Source of the DNA: Escherichia coli | Lineage (GTDB): Bacteria > Pseudomonadota > Gammaproteobacteria > Enterobacterales > Enterobacteriaceae | Assembly: GCF_051903065.1 (NCBI RefSeq) | Contig: NZ_CP178438.1 | DNA: 64,000 nucleotides | Reading direction: 5' to 3' (one strand) | In this document: piece by piece, positions 23,547 to 34,176 of the stretch | Position numbering within the stretch: position 1 is the stretch's first letter | Layout of the letters: every line of letters starts with the position of its first letter | Notes under the pieces: generated by a model | What the model saw: only the letters and a program-made list of their open reading frames with translations | Databases searched by the model: none | What the model was told of the DNA's origin: nothing | Made by a program: the position numbers and the translations under genes

Positions 23547-25808
23547 ATGATCAAGTTATCTGAAAAAGGCGTGTTTCTCGCCAGTAATAACGAAATAATT
23601 GCCGAAGAACATTTCACCGGCGAAATTAAAAAAGAAGAAGCCAAAAAAGGCACTATTGCCTGGTCTATTCTCTCTTCTCATAATACGTCCGGAAATATGG
23701 ATAAACTTAAAATTAAGTTTGATTCATTAGCCTCTCACGATATTACCTTTGTTGGTATTGTACAGACCGCTAAAGCGTCCGGTATGGAACGTTTCCCGCT
23801 GCCGTATGTGCTGACCAACTGCCATAACTCACTTTGCGCCGTCGGCGGCACCATTAACGGTGATGACCATGTTTTTGGTTTATCGGCGGCTCAGCGTTAT
23901 GGCGGTATTTTTGTGCCTCCGCATATTGCGGTCATCCATCAATATATGCGTGAGATGATGGCAGGTGGCGGCAAAATGATCCTCGGGTCAGACAGCCACA
24001 CCCGCTACGGTGCATTAGGGACAATGGCAGTCGGTGAGGGCGGCGGTGAGTTGGTAAAACAGCTGCTTAATGACACCTGGGATATCGACTATCCGGGAGT
24101 TGTTGCGGTGCATCTGACCGGAAAACCAGCGCCGTATGTTGGGCCGCAGGATGTGGCGCTGGCTATCATCGGTGCCGTGTTCAAAAACGGCTACGTCAAA
24201 AACAAAGTGATGGAATTCGTAGGTCCCGGTGTTGCTGCGCTCTCTACCGATTTCCGTAACAGCGTTGACGTTATGACCACTGAAACGACCTGTTTAAGTT
24301 CTGTCTGGCAAACCGATGAAGAAGTCCATAACTGGCTGGCGCTGCACGGTCGCGGCCAGGATTACTGCCAGCTTAACCCTCAACCGATGGCGTACTACGA
24401 TGGCTGCATCAGCGTTGATTTAAGCGCCATCAAACCAATGATTGCGCTGCCGTTCCACCCGAGCAACGTGTATGAAATCGACACACTGAACCAGAACCTG
24501 ACCGACATTCTGCGTGAGATTGAAATTGAGTCCGAACGCGTGGCGCACGGTAAAGCCAAACTCTCGCTGCTGGATAAAGTGGAAAATGGTCGCCTGAAAG
24601 TGCAGCAGGGGATTATCGCGGGCTGTTCTGGCGGTAACTACGAAAACGTCATCGCGGCGGCGAATGCACTGCGCGGTCAATCTTGTGGCAATGACACCTT
24701 CTCGTTGGCGGTTTACCCGTCATCACAGCCGGTGTTTATGGACTTAGCCAAAAAAGGTGTGGTAGCAGATTTGATTGGCGCAGGCGCAATTATCAGAACC
24801 GCGTTCTGCGGCCCATGCTTTGGCGCGGGCGATACGCCAATCAACAACGGTTTAAGTATTCGCCACACCACGCGTAACTTCCCGAACCGCGAAGGCTCTA
24901 AGCCAGCTAATGGGCAGATGTCAGCGGTGGCGTTGATGGACGCTCGTTCTATCGCTGCGACTGCGGCAAACGGTGGCTATTTAACCTCTGCCAGCGAACT
25001 TGATTGCTGGGACAACGTGCCGGAGTACGCCTTCGATGTAACGCCGTATAAAAATCGCGTCTATCAAGGATTTGTGAAAGGGGCGACCCAGCAACCGCTG
25101 ATTTACGGACCGAACATTAAAGACTGGCCGGAATTGGGTGCGCTGACTGACAATATCGTCCTCAAAGTGTGCTCGAAGATCCTCGACGAAGTGACCACCA
25201 CCGACGAACTGATCCCTTCCGGTGAAACCTCTTCTTATCGTTCAAATCCGATTGGTCTGGCGGAGTTTACCCTGTCTCGCCGCGATCCAGGTTATGTTGG
25301 CAGAAGTAAAGCGACTGCTGAGCTGGAAAATCAGCGTCTGGCGGGGAATGTCAGCGAGCTGACAGAGGTGTTTGCGCGCATTAAGCAGATTGCTGGTCAG
25401 GAGCATATTGATCCGCTGCAAACTGAAATTGGCAGCATGGTCTATGCGGTGAAACCAGGCGATGGTTCTGCGCGTGAACAGGCGGCGAGCTGCCAGCGTG
25501 TGATTGGCGGTCTGGCGAATATTGCCGAGGAGTACGCGACTAAACGCTACCGTTCTAACGTCATCAACTGGGGGATGTTACCGCTGCAGATGGCGGAAGT
25601 GCCAACCTTTGAAGTGGGGGATTACATTTACATCCCTGGCATTAAAGCGGCGCTGGATAATCCGGGTACGACGTTTAAAGGTTATGTGATCCATGAAGAT
25701 GCGCCGGTAACGGAAATTACGCTCTATATGGAAAGTCTGACTGCTGAAGAGCGCGAGATTATCAAGGCGGGTAGTTTGATTAACTTCAATAAAAACCGTC
25801 AGATGTAA
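23547..25808 (+). CDS. ybhJ: Aconitase-family protein YbhJ
   Basis: 753 aa from MIKLSEKG; aconitase-like sequence (GSDSHT region). Confidence 0.85.
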   Translation: MIKLSEKGVFLASNNEIIAEEHFTGEIKKEEAKKGTIAWSILSSHNTSGNMDKLKIKFDSLASHDITFVGIVQTAKASGMERFPLPYVLTNCHNSLCAVGGTINGDDHVFGLSAAQRYGGIFVPPHIAVIHQYMREMMAGGGKMILGSDSHTRYGALGTMAVGEGGGELVKQLLNDTWDIDYPGVVAVHLTGKPAPYVGPQDVALAIIGAVFKNGYVKNKVMEFVGPGVAALSTDFRNSVDVMTTETTCLSSVWQTDEEVHNWLALHGRGQDYCQLNPQPMAYYDGCISVDLSAIKPMIALPFHPSNVYEIDTLNQNLTDILREIEIESERVAHGKAKLSLLDKVENGRLKVQQGIIAGCSGGNYENVIAAANALRGQSCGNDTFSLAVYPSSQPVFMDLAKKGVVADLIGAGAIIRTAFCGPCFGAGDTPINNGLSIRHTTRNFPNREGSKPANGQMSAVALMDARSIAATAANGGYLTSASELDCWDNVPEYAFDVTPYKNRVYQGFVKGATQQPLIYGPNIKDWPELGALTDNIVLKVCSKILDEVTTTDELIPSGETSSYRSNPIGLAEFTLSRRDPGYVGRSKATAELENQRLAGNVSELTEVFARIKQIAGQEHIDPLQTEIGSMVYAVKPGDGSAREQAASCQRVIGGLANIAEEYATKRYRSNVINWGMLPLQMAEVPTFEVGDYIYIPGIKAALDNPGTTFKGYVIHEDAPVTEITLYMESLTAEEREIIKAGSLINFNKNRQM

Positions 25809-25823
25809 AAAGCGCCATGTGAA

Positions 25824-25934
<111 letters not shown>

Positions 25935-25948
25935 ATAGTTAATAGCTC

Positions 25949-27232
25949 TTACTTCTTCGCCTCTGCAACCACTTTGCTACCCACGCCGCGATTATTGTAT
26001 TCCCACATGCGGTTGTAGTTAGTGTCATTCAGATTGCGCTGTATTTCGTCGCTATCGTCAACGCTGCCGGTATTACCCGCAAATGGACGATTGGAAATCA
26101 CCGCATCGCCCCACGGTTTAACCGTGTTAAAACCTTCGTTGATGGCGCTATCACGGATCACCACCTGACCGTTGGTATTGGCATCAACATCCAGCGAGCG
26201 GCCCAGTTGTGCCACGCCATCACCGGAAGCATTGAAACGGCTGTTTACGGCGAGGAAACCGTAATAGATGTTGGACAGCGTAGCCGGTGCAAACACATAC
26301 GCTTCTTGCTGAGTACGTGAGTTCACCACGCGGAATTCGGTGTTATCGAACACCACTGCGCCGCGACCAGAAACGATATCCACATCCCCTTCAATATAGC
26401 TGTTGGTCACCAGCGTACGCGGCTGACGGTTGGTTTCCAGACGGTTCTGCACACCGCTGTTGGTGACAAAGAAGGTGTTCTGACGACCGAGAATGTTAAC
26501 GTTGTTAATCTGTACCTGGTCACCGTCAGTACGCAGTGCCACCGCCGGATGGTTACCTGCATCTACGCTATCGCCCAGCGTGTTTTCGATGGTCAGATTT
26601 TGCAGTTGCAGGCCATTGTTTTGTGACCAGAAGACCGCAGAACACAGAACACCGATACTGTCGCTGCGTTTGCTCTGGCAGCTATCGTACATATACCACG
26701 CTGGTTTACCTGGCATATATTTGCCGCGCGGGTTGACGTCGTGACGCCAGTCGGCAGGGCTCATGCCACCATCAAGGGAAAGCCCAATCTTCACATCAAT
26801 CGGTTTTTCACCTGTACCGTACAGAGTAATTCCACCCGGGGCGGCAGGGACATACACCGTTCCCTGATACTCACCAGGCATCACGGCAATATACTGGCGC
26901 TTGTTGGTACGCTTGATAATTGCCGCATCTACCGCCGCCTGAATCGTGGTATGCGTTACACCTTGAGTACCCGCCGGGCCGACAACAAAGTCAGGTTGTG
27001 TAGGCAGGGTAATCGGGGAAGGATTCCACGCTGCAGCACCTGGTGTCAGGGATGCAAAATAGTGTTGAGCATCGAAATTCTGCGCTTCTTTTGCCGACAG
27101 AATCGGGCGAGAAGAGGTACCAGGCGCAGTTTGATCAGAAGGACGTTGATCGGGTGGTGTTGAGCTACAGGCGGTCAGCGTCACGCCAAAAGCCAATGCC
27201 AGCGCCAGACGGGAAACTGAAAATGTGTTCAC
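25949..27232 (-). CDS. ybhC: Outer-membrane lipoprotein YbhC (pectinesterase-like fold)
   Basis: 427-aa ORF with lipoprotein signal (LTAC); last backbone gene on the gal side of attλ. Confidence 0.9.
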   Translation of the reverse strand: MNTFSVSRLALALAFGVTLTACSSTPPDQRPSDQTAPGTSSRPILSAKEAQNFDAQHYFASLTPGAAAWNPSPITLPTQPDFVVGPAGTQGVTHTTIQAAVDAAIIKRTNKRQYIAVMPGEYQGTVYVPAAPGGITLYGTGEKPIDVKIGLSLDGGMSPADWRHDVNPRGKYMPGKPAWYMYDSCQSKRSDSIGVLCSAVFWSQNNGLQLQNLTIENTLGDSVDAGNHPAVALRTDGDQVQINNVNILGRQNTFFVTNSGVQNRLETNRQPRTLVTNSYIEGDVDIVSGRGAVVFDNTEFRVVNSRTQQEAYVFAPATLSNIYYGFLAVNSRFNASGDGVAQLGRSLDVDANTNGQVVIRDSAINEGFNTVKPWGDAVISNRPFAGNTGSVDDSDEIQRNLNDTNYNRMWEYNNRGVGSKVVAEAKK

Positions 27233-27267
27233 AGGTTGCTCCGGGCTATGAAATAGAAAAATGAATC

Positions 27268-27366
27268 CGTTGAAGCCTGCTTTTTTATACTAAGTTGGCC
27301 TTATAAAAAAGCATTGCTTATCAATTTGTTGCAACGAACAGGTCACTATCAGTCAAAATAAAATCA
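27268..27366. other. attL (B-O-P'): core plus lambda P' arm
   Basis: GTTGAAGCCTGCTTTTTTATACTAAGTTGGCCTTATAAAAAAGCATTGCTTATCAATTTGTTGCAACGAACAGGTCACTATCAGTCAAAATAAAATCATTATTTG matches the lambda attP P' arm as recalled, with about one mismatch. Confidence 0.9.
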
Positions 27367-28137
27367 TTATTTGATTTCAATTTTGTCCCACTCCCTGCCT
27401 CTGTCATCGCGATACTGTGATGCCATGGTGTCCGACTTATGCCCGAGAAGATGTTGAGCAAACTTATCGCTTATCTGCTTCTCATAGAGTCTTGCAGACA
27501 AACTGCGCAACTCGTGAAAGGTAGGCGGATCCCCTTCGAAGGAAAGACCTGATGCTTTTCGTGCGCGCATAAAATACCTTGATACTGTGCCGGATGAAAG
27601 CGGTTCACGACGGGTAGATGCAATTATGGTTTCTCCGCCAAGAATCTCTTTGCATTTATTAAGTGTTTCCTTCATTGATATCCCGAGAGCATCAACATGC
27701 AATGTTGTAGGGATGGCAATTTTTACGCCTGTTTTGCTTTGCTCGACATAAATATATCCATCTACGATATCAGACCACTTCATTTCGCATAAATCACCAA
27801 CTCGCTGCCCGGTAACAACAGCCAGTTCCATTGCAAGTCTGAGCCAACATGGTGATGATTCTGCTGCTTGATAAATTTTCAGGTATTCATCAGCCGTAAG
27901 TCTTGATCTCCTTACCTCTGATTTTGCTGCGCGAGTGGCAGCGACCGGGTTTGTTGTTGCATGGCCTTCAGCTAATGCCTCTCGGAATGCATCGCTCAGT
28001 GTTGATCTGATTAACTTGGCTGATGCCGCCTTGCCCTCGTCTATGTATCCATTGAGCATTGCCGCAATTTCTTTTGTGGTGATGTCTTCAAGTGGAACAT
28101 CAGGTAGCCCCCTCCTTATTGCTTTAATTTTGCTCAT
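27367..28137 (-). pseudogene. int: Lambda-type integrase Int, 5'-truncated (C-terminal about 255 codons only)
   Basis: Translation MSKIKAIRRGLPD...HLLGHKSDTMASQYRDDRGREWDKIEIK matches lambda Int from about residue 101 to the C-terminus; homology ends at 28137 where the IS left end begins. Confidence 0.9.
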
Positions 28138-29340
28138 GTGTATTAGTCGCGACTTGATCTGACACTGAGCCTTGAAAGGTTGAGAGTTACCGGTTTTGAT
28201 ATGGGTGTCGAATCCTTATACAAAACACGAGGTAACTCTCATGCTTCATACTAACAATCCCGTCATCAAACACAAAGCCGGTTTGCTCAATCTGGCTGAA
28301 GAACTCCGCAATGTTTCGAAGGCCTGCAAAATCATGGGCGTCTCGCGTGATACGTTTTACCGTTATCGCGAACTGGCTGATGAAGGTGGGGTGGATGCAC
28401 TGATTAACCGCACTCGACGAACGCCCAATCTAAAAAATCGTACCGATGATGCAACTGAGCGGGCCGTTGTTGATTATGCCATCGCGTACCCTGCGCATGG
28501 CCAGCACCGGACCAGCAATGAGCTACGTAAGCAAGGTGTCTTCATCTCAGGAAGGGGTGTACGTTCTGTCTGGCTGCGGCATAACCTTGAGAACTTCAAA
28601 AAGCGGCTGAAAGCACTGGAGGAAAAAGTAGCCCGTGACGGTATCGAGCTGACAGAAGCACAGATAGTCGTTCTGGAGCGTAAAGCCAGCGATGACGAAG
28701 CGTGTGGTGAAATCGAAACCGCACATCCCGGTTATCTGGGCTCTCAGGATACGTTCTACGTGGGTAATCTGAAAGGAGTCGGACGCATTTATCAGCAAAC
28801 GTTCGTTGACACCTACTCGAAGGTCGCACACTGTAAACTGTATGTAACCAAAACACCGATCACGGCTGCTGACCTGCTGAATGATCGTGTGTTGCCATTT
28901 TACGAATCGCAAAACCTGCCAATGCTGAGAATACTGACCGACAGAGGAACAGAGTACTGCGGTAAGGTGGAACAGCATGACTACCAGCTATATCTGGCAA
29001 TAAATGATATAGACCACACGAAAACTAAAGCGATGTCACCGCAGACAAATGGCATCTGCGAGCGGTTCCATAAGACGATACTGAACGAATTTTATCAGGT
29101 GACGTTCCGTAAAAAGTTGTATGGAGCTCTCGATACATTGCAATCGGATCTTGATGAGTGGCTGGCTCACTATAATAATGAACGAACCCATCAGGGAAAA
29201 ATGCGCAATGGGCGGACGCCAATGGAAACGTTACTTGATGGAAAGCGCATCTGGGCCGAGAAAAATTTAAGCCGGATGTAATCTGACAGATACCTGTATA
29301 AATAACCGGTAACTGTCAGATCAGGTCTGAGCTAATACAC
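28138..29340 (+). mobile_element. IS element, about 1.2 kb, IS481-like (single-ORF DDE transposase, TGT...ACA termini)
   Basis: Imperfect terminal inverted repeats (left TGTATTAG..TTGATCTGACA, right TGTCAGATCAGGTCTGAGCTAATACACA) flank one transposase ORF; family is my inference. Confidence 0.7.
28241..29281 (+). CDS. DDE transposase (integrase-core type) of the IS element
   Basis: 346 aa from ATG at 28241 (track ORF starts at an upstream TTG); N-terminal HTH and DDE-type core region. Confidence 0.75.
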   Translation: MLHTNNPVIKHKAGLLNLAEELRNVSKACKIMGVSRDTFYRYRELADEGGVDALINRTRRTPNLKNRTDDATERAVVDYAIAYPAHGQHRTSNELRKQGVFISGRGVRSVWLRHNLENFKKRLKALEEKVARDGIELTEAQIVVLERKASDDEACGEIETAHPGYLGSQDTFYVGNLKGVGRIYQQTFVDTYSKVAHCKLYVTKTPITAADLLNDRVLPFYESQNLPMLRILTDRGTEYCGKVEQHDYQLYLAINDIDHTKTKAMSPQTNGICERFHKTILNEFYQVTFRKKLYGALDTLQSDLDEWLAHYNNERTHQGKMRNGRTPMETLLDGKRIWAEKNLSRM

Positions 29341-30238
29341 ATTTGTAGGCCTCGATACATCAGGGACTCCAAATTACGTTATAGATAACAACAGCAAACC
29401 AGCCCAGCGCAATACGATCATCGGTCTCTATGGCGAAATTAACGGGAACGGGATGGTAAGGGGGCCTTGGACAATTCTTGGTGCCAGAGCGCAATATAGT
29501 AGCTGGGTATCAACCATTGACCATATGTCACACCTAATCGGCACCGATGCTACAGCAGGTAACCAGGGGGGGGATACCTTAAGCGCATCAGTAAACAACC
29601 TCTGCCCATCTGGCGACTGGTCATTACTTGATGGTGTTCTTGGCGCTCCAATTGACTATCAGCTACAAGTAGTACCAGCAGAGGCATTGGTTAAAACTGA
29701 TGTAATTGAGCCTTCTGGTGTTGGAAGAGCATTTGGTGTGAATGCTGCAAGCGCCCAATGCAAGATAGTGGTTAACCTGACCAGAGCTAACACAGATTTT
29801 ATCAGGGGAGCATTCTATTGGTGGGGCGATGCTCCATTACAGATCGCATTGGAGACACAAGATAATTCAAATCAGATTTTCTTTCAGCCAGACAAATACT
29901 TTGGCATGAACCATGGAGGCTGGAGGCTTTACAGAATATCTGCCCCTACAAACGACTGGACCAAGGCATACCGTTTGGCAATCACGATATCATCTGGGAA
30001 GTCAGGATTCATAGGTGGTTCAATTTTTAGTTGTTATCAGGCCTCCCTTCTCCCTACTTTTTGTGGATGGAGGCATGTAAAAGTTCTGTCATCGGGTAAG
30101 CCAACAATCACTAACACTTCAGGTTTCGTAAATGGCATCCAGGCACACAGAACCTCTGTGCCATCATACCCAGGGGACCCTACGGTAATGTGGGTATGGA
30201 ACGGAACCACTTGGCTTACAGTGAATGCTTCTGCATAA
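29336..30238 (+). pseudogene. Phage tail-fibre or tailspike gene, 3' fragment only
   Basis: Reading frame opens exactly at the IS right end (29336) and runs to 30238; Gly/Ser/Thr/Trp-rich; sits upstream of gtrCBA as a tailspike does in P22-like phages; assignment is positional and compositional. Confidence 0.5.
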
Positions 30239-30265
30239 AAAAGGGTGGCCTAGCCACCATCTATG

Positions 30266-31873
30266 CTAAATACTTATTTTAACATCTGTATATCTTTCTT
30301 GACCTTTAAATAAACCGAATTCGATCCATTCGATATCACCTTTATCAATGTTTGCCCCTGTTAAAAAACCACCGTCAAAGTTCATTGAGTCAGGGTAGAA
30401 ATCGAAATTTTGTACCTTATCTTTCCCTTTGTATTTGACGTGTAGAAAAATCTTCAGAGCACCATCTTTTGGCAAGGTAATATTTCTGTTAGTCTCGAAT
30501 GCAATACGCCCATCATTTGTAATATAAACGTTCTTAACATCCGCTTGGCGTGGAATTATGTTTTTGTTTACGACCATCTTTTTTCCGCTGAATACAATCG
30601 AGTAGTCCAGTTTCGCCATATTCCTTTCAATTGAAAGCACCCCATAGTACTTTCCATAAGACCACTTGTTATGGTAAGGATCAAACTTGTCTCCACTCTT
30701 GGCAAGTTTAGAAAAATAGAAATCAGGTATTCTCAACTCCCTTTTCCCTTGCGAGATTTGCTTGTCGATTAAATACTTTCTAACCTCTGATTGATGGAAA
30801 GTTTCTTTGTAAGATTCATACATCCAAAGGTATTGAGGTATAAAATACAATATAACCAAAGCAAATAATGAGCATGTCAAATATTTTTGAGTTAAAGTGA
30901 AAAAAGAATCCTTTAATAAAAAAGATACAGCAATCAAAACAAGAATCAAAGTGCCATTTGCAGCCCTGGGAGGATAGGAAGGTGCTGCAAACATAATTAA
31001 GGATGTGGATAATGCTGCAAATAAGAATATCAATGCTAATGTTGTTGATTTCTTATCTGTCTTTTCGCGCAAGAGATTTATTAATGCGATAATTGTGAAA
31101 GCCAGAAATAAAGGCCACATGATGGAAATGACATCGGGCATCCTGGAGTATAAATGCTCAACTAGCCTTTCAATTAAAGGTTTAGAGTACCAGGCGCTAA
31201 AAGATTTGGCTCTTTCATAATTTCCTGGAGCGGCAATTAAGGCGATGAATCCCGCTAAAGATAATAAGGTATAGATAAGCCCTCTATGGCGTAAAGACCT
31301 AATTATATACGCATTATATAAATAATAAATGCCAGAGAGAATAACAACTACCGCGCCAGTATTTTCGTTTGAGCACCCCGCCATCACTGCGAGAATGGAG
31401 GTTAAATAGATGTTATATCTTTTTATTACGCACAATAAGTATGCGCAAATGAACATGTTTGTCCAAAGGTAATTTGCTGAACCAACAATCCAGAAAGTGG
31501 TTTGCCCTAAATTTGTATTGCTTACCCAGTAAAGCATAAAAATAGTTAATATTTTTATGCAATCGAATTTATTTATCTCTCCTGCTGAAGAACCAATAAG
31601 AAATATTAAATAAACACTTGAAGTCAATGCTAGTGAATTTGCTATTGCTCTATAAAATTCAGGAATGGAAAGCATCGCTGTGCTGGCATAATCAGCCACT
31701 ATTCTGCCACTCCAGCTCTCATAGTGCTTTAAGTGCTCAGAAATACTTAATCCCTTTAACGCGTAAAGATAATCATCTGAATGCATGGGTGTATGCATGC
31801 AAATGCTAAGAGTAATAAAAAATATTACTAACAAAGATAATGTATGTAAAAAATAACTATTTATTCTAGGCAT
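30266..31873 (-). CDS. GtrC-like serotype-specific O-antigen glucosyltransferase (polytopic membrane N-domain plus soluble C-domain)
   Basis: 535-aa ORF, about 10 predicted TM segments then a roughly 200-aa hydrophilic domain; AT-rich; downstream of gtrB with 1-bp overlap. Confidence 0.65.
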   Translation of the reverse strand: MPRINSYFLHTLSLLVIFFITLSICMHTPMHSDDYLYALKGLSISEHLKHYESWSGRIVADYASTAMLSIPEFYRAIANSLALTSSVYLIFLIGSSAGEINKFDCIKILTIFMLYWVSNTNLGQTTFWIVGSANYLWTNMFICAYLLCVIKRYNIYLTSILAVMAGCSNENTGAVVVILSGIYYLYNAYIIRSLRHRGLIYTLLSLAGFIALIAAPGNYERAKSFSAWYSKPLIERLVEHLYSRMPDVISIMWPLFLAFTIIALINLLREKTDKKSTTLALIFLFAALSTSLIMFAAPSYPPRAANGTLILVLIAVSFLLKDSFFTLTQKYLTCSLFALVILYFIPQYLWMYESYKETFHQSEVRKYLIDKQISQGKRELRIPDFYFSKLAKSGDKFDPYHNKWSYGKYYGVLSIERNMAKLDYSIVFSGKKMVVNKNIIPRQADVKNVYITNDGRIAFETNRNITLPKDGALKIFLHVKYKGKDKVQNFDFYPDSMNFDGGFLTGANIDKGDIEWIEFGLFKGQERYTDVKISI

Positions 31874-32790
31874 TACTTATTATCCTTCAAAATATAACGA
31901 GGACGCTGCTTAACCTCGACATAAATTCTTCCTATATATTCACCCAGGACACCGATTCCGATCAACTGGATGCCTCCAAGAAACAGGGTAGAAACCAGTA
32001 AAGATGGATACCCACGCACGGCGTTACCGAATGCAATCGTGTCAAATATCATCCAAGCACCATAAAGAAAGGCAGCACCGGCAACGAACAGGCCAATGTA
32101 AGTCCACATGCGCAGCGGAAAGGTAGAGAAGCTGGTGATCCCCTCAAGGGCAAGGTTCCAGAGTTTCCAACCGTTGAACTTCGTGCTGCCAGCTACGCGT
32201 TCTGCGCGCGCATATTCAACCACATCAGTGCGTCCGCCAACCCAGCTCAATACGCCCTTCATGAACAGGTTGCGTTCTGGCATGAGCTTAATGTTTTCCA
32301 CTACTTCGCGAGACATGAGCCGGAAGTCGCCGACATTCTCTTCTATCTGAGGGTTGCTGATTTTGTTGTGAAGTTTATAGAACCACTCAGCAGATTTACG
32401 CTTCAGCCGGCTGTCAGTGGAGCGGTCAGATCGCTTAGCCAGCACCATATCAGCCCCGGCCTGCCACTTCTCGATGAGGTGAGGAATGACCTCAATCGGG
32501 TCCTGAAGGTCAACATCAATCGGGATAACCGCCTCACCAGTTGCGTGGTCAAGCCCTGCGAACAGTGCGGGCTCTTTACCGAAATTACGGGTGAAGGAAA
32601 GAGGAACGACAAGCGGATCAGCCACAGCAAGCGCGTTTATAATTGATTCTGTCGCGTCTTTGCTGCCGTCATTTATGAAGACTATCTCGACTTCATGCTG
32701 CTGAAGCCCTTCAAATTCCCGAACAGTTTTATAAAAAATAGGTATCGCGTCTTCTTCGTTAAAGACGGGAACGACCAGAGAAATTTTCAT
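31873..32790 (-). CDS. gtrB: Bactoprenol glucosyltransferase GtrB (GT2 family)
   Basis: 305-aa ORF starting [13 protein letters not shown] with DxD-type region and two C-terminal TM helices. Confidence 0.9.
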   Translation of the reverse strand: MKISLVVPVFNEEDAIPIFYKTVREFEGLQQHEVEIVFINDGSKDATESIINALAVADPLVVPLSFTRNFGKEPALFAGLDHATGEAVIPIDVDLQDPIEVIPHLIEKWQAGADMVLAKRSDRSTDSRLKRKSAEWFYKLHNKISNPQIEENVGDFRLMSREVVENIKLMPERNLFMKGVLSWVGGRTDVVEYARAERVAGSTKFNGWKLWNLALEGITSFSTFPLRMWTYIGLFVAGAAFLYGAWMIFDTIAFGNAVRGYPSLLVSTLFLGGIQLIGIGVLGEYIGRIYVEVKQRPRYILKDNK

Positions 32791-33149
32791 TTCGCATCCC
32801 TAAAGACAATGAACTTTGAATAAATAAAACCGCACACCAGACTGATGGCGGAGAAGGTGATAAGAGTGATAATTGGAGGAAGCGAGCACTTATCAGCAGC
32901 CCATCCAACAGTAGCACTCAGTGTTCCCATGAACCCGACATATAACATGTAGCGCATCGTTGTAGTCGATGCTTTGAATGTGAATTTTGCATTCGCGAAG
33001 AAGCTAAAGCTCACAGCCACAACGAAACCTGCGAAGTTTGCCAGAGCCTGATTGGTATGCGCGGCATAGATACATACACCAAAAACCACCCAGTGTATAA
33101 GTGTGTTCAGCACACCAATCGAGGTGTACTTTGCAAATAGCTTTAACAT
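32787..33149 (-). CDS. gtrA: GtrA flippase-like small membrane protein
   Basis: 120-aa four-TM ORF directly upstream of gtrB with 4-bp overlap. Confidence 0.85.
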   Translation of the reverse strand: MLKLFAKYTSIGVLNTLIHWVVFGVCIYAAHTNQALANFAGFVVAVSFSFFANAKFTFKASTTTMRYMLYVGFMGTLSATVGWAADKCSLPPIITLITFSAISLVCGFIYSKFIVFRDAK

Positions 33150-33454
33150 TTCTTCTATCAGCTAATAATCAAAGGCATGAAGTCTATCATCCAAGTCTCA
33201 ATCGATCGATGACTTGCTGTGGTTGATGAGACAAAACTGATGCACACAAAGATTTGCACTGGATTGCAAGGCTTTGTGCTCTTCGATAGTTGTTAAGGTG
33301 GATCACTCCGGCTTTTCATCAATCCAGTCCGCCCACCACTGCATCATCTCCCTGCGCTTATCGAGATACTGAGCATGGTTGTAAATTCAACTAACCCAGT
33401 GCATTGACAAAAAATTAGTGCAAGAAGACAAAAATCACCTTGCGCTAATGCTCT

Positions 33455-33625
33455 GTCTCAGGTCACTAATGCTATCTAAGTAGTTGATTCATAGTGACTG
33501 GATATGTTGTGTTTTGTAGCATTACGCAGTCTATTTATTAGACTAAAGATATTGTAATGCATTGATATTAATGGTTTTTAATGTTTCACGTTCAGCTTTT
33601 TTATACTAACTTGAGCGAAACGGGA
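33455..33625. other. attR (P-O-B'): diverged P arm, core, chromosomal B' arm
   Basis: P-arm-like sequence (...CAGGTCACTAATGCTATCTAAGTAGTTGATTCATAGTGACTGGATATGTTGTG...) roughly 80% similar to lambda P arm by eye; core at 33595-33609; then CTTGAGCGAAACGGG. Confidence 0.8.
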
Positions 33626-33699
33626 AGGTAAAAAGACAAAAAGTTGTTTTTAATACCTTTAAGTGATACCAGATAGCATTGCGCCATCTGGCAGAGTAA

Positions 33700-34176
33700 T
33701 TAACTAAACATCGCGGTAATCGATGCGCTTGCCAGAGAGTGGAAATGAACGTTAAACCCGACCATCGCGCCGCTGGCTCCTTCATCGACATCAATACGCT
33801 CTACATCCAGCGCGTGAACGGTAAAAATGTAGCGATGGGTTTCGCCTTTCGGCGGCGCTGCGCCATCGTATCCGGTTTTACCAAAATCGGTACGCGTCTG
33901 CAAAACGCCGTCTGGCATTGCTACCAGACCAGAGCCAAACCCTTGCGGTAATACGCGGGTATCAGCGGGTAAATTAACAACTACCCAGTGCCACTAGCCG
34001 GAGCCGGTTGGCGCATCCGGGTCGTAGCAGGTGACGACAAAACTTTTCGTTCCCGCAGGAACATCATCCCACGCCAGATGCGGTGAAATATTATCGCCAT
34101 CGTAACCCATGCCGTTAAAGACATGACGATGTGGCAACTTATCGCCATCGCGCAGATCATTACTGATGAGTTTCAT
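33700..34176 (-). pseudogene. ybhB: ybhB (PEBP/RKIP-family protein) with in-frame amber stop
   Basis: Track ORFs 33994-34176 and 33700-33918 are one frame split by TAG at 33994-33996, where I recall Trp in K-12 YbhB; downstream sequence WHWVVVNLPADTRVLPQGFGSGLVAMPDG... stays in frame. Confidence 0.85.

Larger units (their letters stand above)
27279..33609. mobile_element. Degraded lambdoid prophage at attλ (int remnant, IS, tail-fibre fragment, gtrABC-like module)
   Basis: Bounded by two copies of the 15-bp core GCTTTTTTATACTAA; left junction is B-arm + core + lambda P' arm, right junction is P-arm-like + core + B' arm (CTTGAGCGAAACGGG). Confidence 0.9.

Noticed and set aside
28196-28240. 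TTG-initiated extension of the IS transposase
   Set aside because: It overlaps the IS terminal inverted repeat; the ATG at 28241 with an upstream GAGG is the more plausible start.
27279-33609. Possibility that the attλ insert is a lambda DE3-type engineered prophage
   Set aside because: No lacI, lacUV5 or T7 RNA polymerase sequence is present; the interior is an IS, a tail-fibre fragment and gtr genes only.
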